Part shown: piece after piece, positions 17,858 through 28,000 of the stretch | How the letters are laid out: each line of letters begins with the position of its first letter | Numbering within the stretch: the first letter of the stretch is position 1 | NCBI GenBank assembly: GCA_002342585.1 | Contig: DDQG01000007.1 | Span: forward strand, 11,120 to 75,119 | Reading direction: 5' to 3' | From: Prevotellaceae bacterium UBA2448 | Lineage (GTDB): Bacteria > Bacteroidota > Bacteroidia > Bacteroidales > Bacteroidaceae | Length of the DNA stretch: 64,000 bases | Notes under the pieces: generated by a model | The model's database searches: none | Told to the model about the DNA's origin: nothing | What the model saw: the letters and a program-made list of their open reading frames with translations, nothing else | Position numbers and translations under genes: made by a program

Positions 17858-20047
17858 ATGGGAATCACCCAGAAAACTTGGAAGGAACAACTGGGGAACT
17901 CTGGTACCAGTTTGACAGTCATCATCTCTGCAGTATTATTATTGGAGTTGATGATGGGAGTCATGTTCTATTCCGCACAGAACTTTATACAAAAGACCAT
18001 GGAACGGATGGTAGGCGTTGAGATGAACTCCATCTATCTTCGTATCCGCAACAAACTATCCGATGTCGAAGTGACTATAGATAATATGTCATGGGTTGTC
18101 AGTGAAGGTCTGGATGAGCCAAGTTGGATGTTTGACATAACACGGAGAATGGTTAAGAACAATCCAATTGTCTGGGGTTGTGGCGTTGCTTTTGTACCGG
18201 ACTACTATCCGAAATGGGGTACGTTTTTTGAGCCATATGCTGTACGCAGGGATCAGGACTCCATAATGTCAATGCAAATAGGACATTACAAAATCGACCA
18301 TACAAAAAAAGAATATTTTCGCATACCTGTTTCACAAGGGAAATCACATTGGAGCGAGCCGTACATAGATCTTGTTGGCGCTAAATCAGTCATAACAACC
18401 TATAGTACTCCTATACACAACAGTTCAAACCATATTGTAGGAGTTGTATTTGCTGATATCACAACAGATTTGCTGAAGAACATTATGGAAGAGGAGAGAA
18501 TCTATAAATCTACTCAGCGTATTCTGGTAACAGGAAAATGCAACATATTGGCAGGTAACGATACTCCTTTATTCAGGGATATACTTGAACGACTGAAAAA
18601 AGACCACGATAAAACCGAATATTTTGCAATAAGGGATAAAGACGGCAGGAAACACCACGTGTTCTACACCGACGTTGGCGGAAAAACAGACTGGTTGCTC
18701 ATAAATATTCTGGATGACAGTGAGGTATTCGGCAGATTACGAATAATGCGTATGATGCTGATGCTTCCTGTGGTAATCGGTCTGCTCTTTGCATGGCTCA
18801 TCGTATGGCGTAGTTCAAACAATTTGAAACGTCTGAATGAGGTTAATGCCGAAAAAGAGCGCATAGACAGCGAGTTGCAAGTTGCAAGTCACATACAGCA
18901 AAGCATGTTGCCTCATAGAGAGTTGAACACTAAAAACTTTGAGCTAAAAGGGTTTTTGAAACCGGCCCGTGAGGTTGGCGGTGATTTATACGACTACTTC
19001 ATACGTGATGGAAAGTTGTATTTCTGTATTGGTGATGTCAGCGGGAAAGGGGCTCCTTCTGCAATACTTATGGCAGTCATCCATACATTGTTCCGTTCAG
19101 TATCAACACATGAGAGTAATCCAGCCCGCATTATGCAGTCCATCAATCTTTTCGCCTGTCAGGAAAACGACTCTAACATGTTTGTAACAATGTTTATCGG
19201 TGTGCTTGATTTGCCAACAGGACACATGCGTTATTGCGATGCTGGACATGACGCACCATTTATCATTTCCAATACATCAACACATGCTGACACGCCCGCA
19301 GATGGTCAGTGGTCAATGATTAATGTCAACCCCAATCTTCCCATTGGTGTGTTTGATGACACAAAATATAAAGTTCAGGAAACAACATTGCAACCATATA
19401 GTACCCTTTTCCTTTATACAGACGGATTAACAGAGGCAAAAAACGCGAACCGCAAGCAGTTTGGTTTGAAGCGAATAGAGGATGTACTTACTACCTGCAC
19501 CAATAATGAACCAAAGGAGATTATTGAGAAAATAGTTAAAACTATAGATAATTTTGTAAAGGATGCCAAACAGAGTGACGACTTAACTATGTTGGCTATC
19601 AAATATACTCCTGTACAGTTTGAAAGTACTTGGACCGATACATTAACCATAAAAAATGATGTGCATGAAGTAAAGCGTTTCAGCAACTTCATAAAAACGG
19701 CAACCGAAAACCTTAACATTGACACATCACTGGCTCGCCAGTTGCGTCTGGCAGTAGAGGAAGCTGTGGTCAACGTGATAGACTATGCATATCCGATAGA
19801 TACCAAAGGTAACATTACTATTAACATGATGTTTGACGGCAATAGTCTTCGTTTCCAGATTATTGACTCAGGTGCAGCATTTGATCCTACTACGATACAG
19901 AAATCTGACACAACGCTCTCTGCAGAAGACCGCCAGATTGGCGGACTTGGCATTTTGCTGGTTCGGGAACTTATGGACAGTATCAACTATGAACGAACAG
20001 ACGGAAAGAATATATTGACACTTATAAAGAATATAACAAATAATTAA
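17858..20047 (+). CDS. membrane sensor PP2C (SpoIIE/RsbU-type) phosphatase fused to an RsbW-like HATPase kinase domain
   Basis: 729 aa. Layout: TM, Cache-like periplasmic domain (...HWSEPYIDLVGAKSVITTYSTPI...GVVFADIT), TM, PP2C motifs (GGDLYDY, GDVSGKGAPSA, YTDGLTEA, DDLTMLAI), then an HATPase_c-like end (EEAVVNVIDYAY, GGLGILLVRELMD). Confidence 0.75.
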   Translation: MGITQKTWKEQLGNSGTSLTVIISAVLLLELMMGVMFYSAQNFIQKTMERMVGVEMNSIYLRIRNKLSDVEVTIDNMSWVVSEGLDEPSWMFDITRRMVKNNPIVWGCGVAFVPDYYPKWGTFFEPYAVRRDQDSIMSMQIGHYKIDHTKKEYFRIPVSQGKSHWSEPYIDLVGAKSVITTYSTPIHNSSNHIVGVVFADITTDLLKNIMEEERIYKSTQRILVTGKCNILAGNDTPLFRDILERLKKDHDKTEYFAIRDKDGRKHHVFYTDVGGKTDWLLINILDDSEVFGRLRIMRMMLMLPVVIGLLFAWLIVWRSSNNLKRLNEVNAEKERIDSELQVASHIQQSMLPHRELNTKNFELKGFLKPAREVGGDLYDYFIRDGKLYFCIGDVSGKGAPSAILMAVIHTLFRSVSTHESNPARIMQSINLFACQENDSNMFVTMFIGVLDLPTGHMRYCDAGHDAPFIISNTSTHADTPADGQWSMINVNPNLPIGVFDDTKYKVQETTLQPYSTLFLYTDGLTEAKNANRKQFGLKRIEDVLTTCTNNEPKEIIEKIVKTIDNFVKDAKQSDDLTMLAIKYTPVQFESTWTDTLTIKNDVHEVKRFSNFIKTATENLNIDTSLARQLRLAVEEAVVNVIDYAYPIDTKGNITINMMFDGNSLRFQIIDSGAAFDPTTIQKSDTTLSAEDRQIGGLGILLVRELMDSINYERTDGKNILTLIKNITNN

Positions 20048-20063
20048 TTAAATCATAATAGTC

Positions 20064-20366
20064 ATGAATGCAAAATTTGAAGAAATCGATGGCAAGTATA
20101 TTGCTACATTACAAGGAGAAATGGACACAGCTGCTGCTGTAGAGGCTGAGGAAATTTTGAAACCATTATATACCAGCAATGGCAAGGATGTTATTATCGA
20201 TTGCAAAGACTTAGAATATATCGCTTCCAGTGGATTACGTATTTTACTTGGCATATTGAAAGGTGCTAAATCTTCTGGTAGTAAAGTTACATTACGTGAC
20301 GTAAACGAAGATATCAAGACGGTATTTAAACTAACAGGATTCATTAGCATCTTCGAATTCGAATAA
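20064..20366 (+). CDS. STAS-domain anti-sigma-factor antagonist (RsbV/SpoIIAA-like)
   Basis: 100 aa. DLEYIASSGLRILL contains the conserved phosphorylatable Ser context. It lies 16 nt downstream of the phosphatase-kinase gene. Confidence 0.8.
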   Translation: MNAKFEEIDGKYIATLQGEMDTAAAVEAEEILKPLYTSNGKDVIIDCKDLEYIASSGLRILLGILKGAKSSGSKVTLRDVNEDIKTVFKLTGFISIFEFE

Positions 20367-20695
20367 GCACATAACAACATAAAAGAGTGGACAAGGAATT
20401 AAGAGAACATATTATAGCGATGTTTGCCCATTGCCATCGCCCTTGGTGCACTCATAGGTAAAAGTGCATACCAACTTGAAGTTATCAAGGATTTAACTCC
20501 AGAATCGCTTGAAGAAGGAAAAAAATAAGTATTCACAACTTAACAAGTATCGGTGCCGATGCCATGTGTAAAACTGATGACATGATACTCAACATCATGA
20601 CGCCGAAGGATAATCCTCCAAAATAATCGAGTGAACATCCATTACAAAATGTAATTTACATACCTTGAAAAAAACTTTTTAATAACTAATACGAT

Positions 20696-22051
20696 ATGAG
20701 TTCTTTTTCATCAAAGATCGGAGTTTTGTTAGCTGCAGCTGGTAGCGCAGTCGGATTGGGTAGTATCTGGAAATTCCCATATGTAGTAGGTGAGAACGGC
20801 GGTGGTGCGTTCATCATACTATATGTAGTTTGTTCATTGGTATTCGGTCTGCCTTTGGTAATGAACGATTTCCTGATAGGAAAGCTGTCAGGCAAGAGTG
20901 CCTACGGAGCCTTCCGCACCCTATCTGGTAATAACCGATGGCAATGGCTATCATGTTTAATGATTATTACAGTAACACTGCTCACTAGTTTCTACTTCGT
21001 AGTGACCGGATGGTGTTTCTACTACATGGTCGAAGCTGCAATGAACACTTTTGCAGGCATGGATGCAGAAGCACTGACAAATTTCTTCCATACTTTTGAA
21101 CACCAGCCTACAACGATGATAATCTATGCCTTCATTGCAATATTTCTGACAGCAGCAGTATTGTGGTTTGACGTCAATAAAGGTATAGAACGTTTGAGCA
21201 AGATACTGATGCCTATGTTATTCCTGATGTTGATAGCAATGGCTTTCCATATGGCATTCCTTGACGGCGGTACTAAGGGGTTGCGGTTTTTGTTTGAACC
21301 AGACTTATCGAAACTTACACCCAAGGTAATCCTTGAGGCTATAGGATTGAGTTTCTTTACATTGTCTATAGGATTAGGTATTCTTATCACTTATGGAGGC
21401 TATATGCCAAAGGAACAGGATGAGTCAATGCTTTCTCAAGAGAAAAATGTGGTAAGTACGTCGGTACAGATGATAGTTCTGGTTCTATTCGTATCGTTAT
21501 TAGCAGGCATGATCGTATTCCCTGCGGTGTTCGCATATGGGTTTAGCCCGGCAGAGGGACCTCAATTGACATTTGTCACGCTGCCCAATGTGTTCCAGCA
21601 TATGTTCAGCCCTACCCTGACCAGCGTCTCGTTTTTTGCACTGATGTGTGTGGCAGCCATCACCTCAACCATCTCACTGATGGAGGTAATGGTGGCATTT
21701 ATATGTGAAGCATCAGGGAAGACCAAGCAACCACTCAACAGACATCAAAGTGTGACTATTGTAGGCGTGATACAATTGATTACCAATTCACTATGCATTC
21801 TGTCAATGACAGGTAGTGTCAGTTGGCTTACGATAATGGACAAGAATTTGTTTGACGCAGCCAATAACCTGACCACCAACATTCTGATTCCTATTGGTGC
21901 AATGGGCACTTCCCTGTTCACGGGATGGTTCGTTCCCAAGGCAAGGTATCAAAGTTCACCACTGGTATCATTCATATATCTGATGATGCTGCGATGGATA
22001 GTTCCTATCGTCATTCTTATTATATTCCTTGAATCAATGAATGTATTTTAG
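20696..22051 (+). CDS. sodium-dependent transporter, neurotransmitter:sodium symporter (NSS/SNF) family
   Basis: 451 aa. The N-terminal GSAVGLGSIWKFPYVVGENGGGAFI signature is present, with about 11-12 TM segments. Confidence 0.85.
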   Translation: MSSFSSKIGVLLAAAGSAVGLGSIWKFPYVVGENGGGAFIILYVVCSLVFGLPLVMNDFLIGKLSGKSAYGAFRTLSGNNRWQWLSCLMIITVTLLTSFYFVVTGWCFYYMVEAAMNTFAGMDAEALTNFFHTFEHQPTTMIIYAFIAIFLTAAVLWFDVNKGIERLSKILMPMLFLMLIAMAFHMAFLDGGTKGLRFLFEPDLSKLTPKVILEAIGLSFFTLSIGLGILITYGGYMPKEQDESMLSQEKNVVSTSVQMIVLVLFVSLLAGMIVFPAVFAYGFSPAEGPQLTFVTLPNVFQHMFSPTLTSVSFFALMCVAAITSTISLMEVMVAFICEASGKTKQPLNRHQSVTIVGVIQLITNSLCILSMTGSVSWLTIMDKNLFDAANNLTTNILIPIGAMGTSLFTGWFVPKARYQSSPLVSFIYLMMLRWIVPIVILIIFLESMNVF

Positions 22052-22079
22052 TACACCAACGAAAATTAAATAAAAAAAT

Positions 22080-25000
22080 ATGAAAAATACAGCACCATTA
22101 TCAAAAACACAGTATGGCATATATGTAGAGTGCGTCCAGCACTTAGGAGAATACTGTTATAATATAACCTATTTATATACGCTTGATGGCAGTTTGGATG
22201 AAGAAAAGCTTAAAGAAGCGATAGAGTCTGTTGTAGCCGCACATCCTACGTTGTTTACACGCATTGAACTGAACGAACAAGGCGAACCAATGCAAAGCAT
22301 CGATGACAGTGAGACGTTCTCTCTGGAGGTGGAGCACATCAACGATATAGAAGAGGAAAAGAAGGGGATGGTGAAAGCATTTGACATATTTAACGACAGG
22401 CTGTTCCGCATTCGTCTTCTGAAGGACAGCAAGTGTCTTTATCTCCTTGTTGATATTCACCATATCATCGGCGACGGCACGACAATGAAGGTAATACTCA
22501 ACGACATTGATGTTGCCTATAGTGGCAAGACTTTAGAGGCAGAGGGCAAGACCCAGGCAGACGTTGTACGTGAGGAAGCTGAAATGCGTCAGTCGCCAGC
22601 CTTTGAGGAAGACAAACAGTGGTATGCCCAGAACTTCGACTGCAGCGATACCTTTAGCCAGCTAATACCCGACTTGGAAGGAACGGAGTCGGAAATAGGC
22701 GCTTTTAAGCGAAAAATGAGTGTTAGGCTTGAGGATATTGATGCCTTCTGCAAGACACATGGCGTTTTCAAAAGCACTTTCTTTACCGGCGCATATAGCT
22801 ATCTGTTGACAAAATACAACAACGACCAAGAGGTACTGTTCAATACAGTATATAGCGGTCGTGCGGACAAACAACTGGCACGTACTGTTGCCATGTTGGT
22901 AAAGACAGTACCAGTATATGCAAAATTCAACGATGATACTACGGTGCTCGATTTTCTGAAGTCAGGAGAGGAGCAGATGAAGGGGTGTCGGGAACATGAA
23001 ACCTATTCATATGTCGATGTGGTAAGTGATCTGAAGTTGCAAGTTGATTCATTCTTCGCTTGGCACGGAACGGTATGGGACAATGTTGAGATAGGCGGCA
23101 GTCCGACAACTGCTGTCAAATTAGATCACACGACGTTGGAAGTGCCACTGTATGTGAATGCAGCCATCGTTGACGGGCATTGCTATGTGAATGCAGAGTA
23201 CAAGACCGATGTCTATTCCGAGCAGATGATAAGTCAATTTTTAGAGAGCTATGAAGCTGTGGTGGAGAGTTTTCTCAAGGAGGAATACCTGCGTGATATC
23301 AATATAGCTACAAAGTCACAGGTGGAACTGCTCGACAGTTTCAACCAGACTGATTTACCATACGATGACACTCAGACAATTGTTTCTCTGTTTTGTCAGC
23401 AGGCAAAGGCAACACCCGATAATATTGCTGTTGCCTTCAAAGATAAGAAATACACCTATAAGCAGGTGGACGAGATATCCGACAGGATTGCAGGATATAT
23501 AAGTTCAAGGTCCAAGGTTCAAGGTTCAAGTGAGGAGCCTGTTGTTTCTATCCTAATTCCTCGTAGCGAGTGGATGGCTATTGCTTCTTTGGGTGTTCTG
23601 AAGGCCGGATGTGCTTACCAGCCACTTGATCCAAGCTATCCGAAGGAGCGCCTGAACTTCATGATGCAGGATGCTTCGGCAAAGTTGCTTATAGCAGACG
23701 AGGAACTGCGAGGTGTTGTAGATGAATATCAGGGTGAGGTTCTTTTGACAAAGGATATCGAGAAACTTCCTGCCCTTACAGAAGAAGGCAAATCTCAATT
23801 GTCAATTGTCAATTGTCAATTAAAGCCCGACAGGCTTTTCATACTGCTCTACACCTCAGGTTCTACGGGTGTGCCAAAGGGTTGTCAGTTGGAGCATGGT
23901 AACCTCGTAAGTTTCTGCCATTGGTATCAGCGTTACTACGACCTCAAGCCTGAGCATAATGTGGCTGCATATGCCAGCTATGGTTTCGATGCCTGCATGA
24001 TGGATATGTATCCAGCACTGACTTGCGGCGCTTCGGTATATATTATTCCAGAGGAACTGCGTTTGGACCTTATCGCTCTGAACGAATACTTTGAGCAAAA
24101 CAACATCACGCATTCGTTCATGACGACTCAGGTGGGTTATCAGTTTGCAACCAGCATAGAGAATCATTCGTTAAAGCATCTCTCTGTTGGTGGTGAGAAA
24201 CTGGCTACTTTGACTCCGCCAACGGATTATCGGTTCCATAATGCCTACGGACCAACGGAGTGTACTATCTTCACTACGACATATCCTGTTGACAAGAAAC
24301 AGAAAGAGATACCTATCGGCAAGCCGACCGACAATACACATCTATACATTGTAGATTCACATGGTCATCGTATGCCTGTAGGTGCTGCAGGAGAATTATG
24401 GATTAGCGGTCCGCAGGTGGGTCGTGGTTATCTGAACCGTCCGGAAAAGACAGCAGAGGTGTATATCAAGAATCCATTCTCTGATGATGAAAAACATTCC
24501 AATGTTTATCGTTCCGGCGACATAGTGCGCTATCTACCTGACGGCAATATTCAGTTTGTGGGCCGTCGTGACGGACAGGTGAAAATTCGCGGTTTCCGCA
24601 TAGAACTGAAAGAGGTTGAGGCCGTCATTCGCGAGTTCCCTGGTATCAAGGATGCTACCGTGCAAGCTTTCGACGAAGAAGGTGGCGGAAAGTTTATTGC
24701 TGCATACATCGTTGGTGATCAGGAGATAGATATTGAGGCACTGAACAATTTCATCCTCGACCAAAAGCCACCATACATGGTGCCTGCCGTAACTATGCAG
24801 ATAGAGGCTATTCCGCTGAACCAGAATCAGAAGGTGAACAAGAAGGCTCTTCCGAAACCGGAGAAGAAGTCAGATGGAAGAAATCAGATGGAAGAGTCTG
24901 CGGCTCCTCTCAATGTATTGGAACAGGAAATTCATAGCATCATTGCAGAGATTATCAATACCGAGGACTTTGGTGTGACTACCATACTGGGGTATGTGGG

Positions 25001-28000
25001 TCTGACGTCTATTATGTCTATCAAGCTGGCGATACAAATAAATAAGCGTTTTGGCGTAATGCTGGATTCGAAGGCTTTGGCTAAGACAGGTAGTGTGCAG
25101 AGCATTGAGAACGAGATTCTGAAGGTAATGATGAGCGGAAGTGGAGCTGCCAATAAGGAAGTTGATGAGGTGAAGCATGCGGATATGAGCAACATCCCGC
25201 TGTCATACGCACAGATGGGTGTCTATGTGGATTGCATGAAGCAACCGACTTCTACGGTGTACAATATTCCCGCGGCAATACGTTTCCCAAAGGGAACTGA
25301 TGTGCAGTTGTTCTGCAAGTCGGTAGAAACTATTATTAAAGCTCACCCGCAGTTCCACGTGCATTTCGATAGCCAGGGAGGTGATATTATACAAATTATT
25401 GATGAAAACCAACCTGTTGTCATTGCACAAAGCAAGTTAGACGAAGCAGAGATAAAGAAATATATGGTTGAGTTCGTCAAGCCATTTAATCTGAGACAAG
25501 GACCTTTGTATCGCATGGAGATTGTCAGCACCGAGGAATATGTTTATCTATTAGCGGATGTGCATCACCTGATATTTGACGGTGCTTCGTTCAACCTGTT
25601 CTTGGACCAGTTGTGTGATTTGATGAATGGTAAAGATATAGAGCCTGAGAGCTTTACTTATGCTGACTTCGTGGCTGCACAGAAAGCAGCAGAGAATAGT
25701 GAGGAATATGCAGAAGCACGTGATTTCTTCCAGGAGCGACTGGGTAAGATTGAAGGTGTTACGGAAGTTCCTGCAGACCTTACCAATCCTCTGGAACAAG
25801 GTGTTGTGGAAACTTTGTATTGTCCACTAAACTTCGATGAAATAGACAGCTTCTGTCGTCAGCGCAATATCTCTCCAGCACATCATATCCTTGCTGCCAC
25901 TTTCTATGCGTTGTCACGATTCACTAACAATGAGCAGTTGTGCATAACCACAATCAGTAACGGACGTTCCGACTTGCGCATCAGCAATACTGTAGGTATG
26001 TTTGTCAACACGCTGGCATTAAGTGCTTTCATTGAGGAACAAAGCGTGATGGATTTCATTAATGAAACCAGCAAAAACTTCGATGAGACATTGCGCCACG
26101 AGAGTTATCCGTTTGCACGTGTTGCTGCCGACTATGATCTTTCAGCAGAGATAATGTTCGCCTACCAAATGGGTGTCTTGGAAGGCCATGAGTACAAGGG
26201 ACAACCAGTAACTATGGAATTGTTTGAGTCGGATGCGCCAAAATTCCGAATTGCTTTTTATATCCAGAATAATCCTGAAGGTAGGCCGAGCATCTGCTTG
26301 CAATACGACAACGGACGCTACAGTCAGGAACTCATGCAGAGCCTGGCACAGTCAATCAGTAATGCTGCAAATGCTTTCATCGCCAATCCTGATGCTAAAC
26401 TTAAGAGTGTTTCGCTGCTTGACGAAAAGCAGACAACTTTGCTTGACAGTTTCAACAATACTGATGTACCTTACGACAACACACAGACCGTCATTTCCCT
26501 GTTCCGCAAGCAGGTAGAGAGTGTGCCTGACAATATTGCTGTGATTTTTCACGATGTGCGACTGACCTATAAGCAAGTGGATGAGATGTCAGACCGCATT
26601 GCTGCATACCTTATTCAAAAAGGACTCAAGAGCGAAGATGTTGTTTCTATCATCATTCCTCGTAGCGAGTGGATGGTTATTGCTTCTTTAGGTGTATTGA
26701 AAGCAGGATGCGCTTATCAGCCACTCGATCCAAGTTATCCGAAGGAGCGCCTGAACTTCATGATGCAGGATGCTTCGGCAAAGTTACTTATTGCAGATGA
26801 GGAATTGCGAGGTGTTGTAGATGAATATCAGGGTGAGGTTCTTTTGACAAAGGATATCGAAAAACTTCCGGATCTTACAGAGGAAGGCAAATCTCAATTG
26901 TCAATTGTCAACTCTCAACTAAAGCCCGACAGTCTTTTCATCCTGCTATACACCTCTGGTTCTACTGGTGTGCCAAAGGGTTGTCAGTTGGAGCACGGTA
27001 ATCTTGTTTGTTTCTGCCATTGGTATCAGCGTTACTACGACCTCAAACCTGGCGACAAGGTTGCTGCATATGCCAGCTATGGTTTCGATGCCTGCATGAT
27101 GGATATGTATCCAGCCCTTACCACAGGTGCTACTGTAGTGATTGTTGGAGAGGACATTCGTCTGAACCTTCCTGACTTGAATAATTATTTCAATGAAGTG
27201 GGTGTGACTCATTCGTTTATGACAACACAGGTAGGATGCCAGTTTGCGATGAACTGCGATAATCATTCGCTGCGCCACCTCTCTGTCGGAGGCGAAAAGA
27301 TTCTGCCGCTTACCCCGCCAAAAGGTTATAAGCTTCATAATGGTTATGGACCTACCGAGTGTACTATCTTTACGACCACCTATCAACAGACGGAGTTTGA
27401 GCAGAATGCTCCTATCGGCAAACCGCTGGACAACTTGCAACTCTTTATTGTAGATAAGGACATGAACCGTCTTCCACTTGGAGCTGCCGGAGAAATGTTG
27501 GTGGCAGGCCCGCAGGTAAGCCGAGGCTACCTGAACCTGCCTGAGAAGACAGCTGAAACCTACATACAATGGAATGGGAAGCGCTGCTACCGCACAGGTG
27601 ATGTGGTGCGCTATCTGGCTGACGGAAATATCCAGTTTGTAGGACGTCGAGATGGTCAGGTGAAGATTCGTGGTTTCCGAATCGAGCTGAAAGAGGTGGA
27701 ATCTGTGATTCGCGAATTCCCAGGCATAAAGGATGCTACTGTTCAGGCATTTGACTATGAGAATGGCGGTAAGTTCATTGCAGCTTATATCGTTAGCGAT
27801 GAGCAGATAGACATAAAAGAATTGAACGATTTCATTGGTAAGCAGAAACCTTCATATATGATTCCTGCTGCCACGATGCAGATTGATAGCATTCCGCTGA
27901 ACCAGAACCAGAAAGTGAATAAGAAGGCGCTGCCTGCTCCTGTTGTTCAGGCTGTAGATCACAAGTATGTGGAGCCAGCAAACGATACAGAGAAACTCTT

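Noticed and set aside
20424-20528. Possible 34-codon small ORF (LPIAIALGALIGKSAYQLEVIKDLTPESLEEGKK) in the long leader.
   Set aside because: Only a TTG start is available, there is no nearby -7 box and no recognisable family, and it is too short to support from sequence alone.
20590-20640. cgccgaagga...tcctcc, reminiscent of the CCGAAGG core of a glycine riboswitch, upstream of an amino-acid-type symporter.
   Set aside because: I could not find the GGAGAG elements or the paired-aptamer architecture, so the resemblance is limited to about 8 nt.
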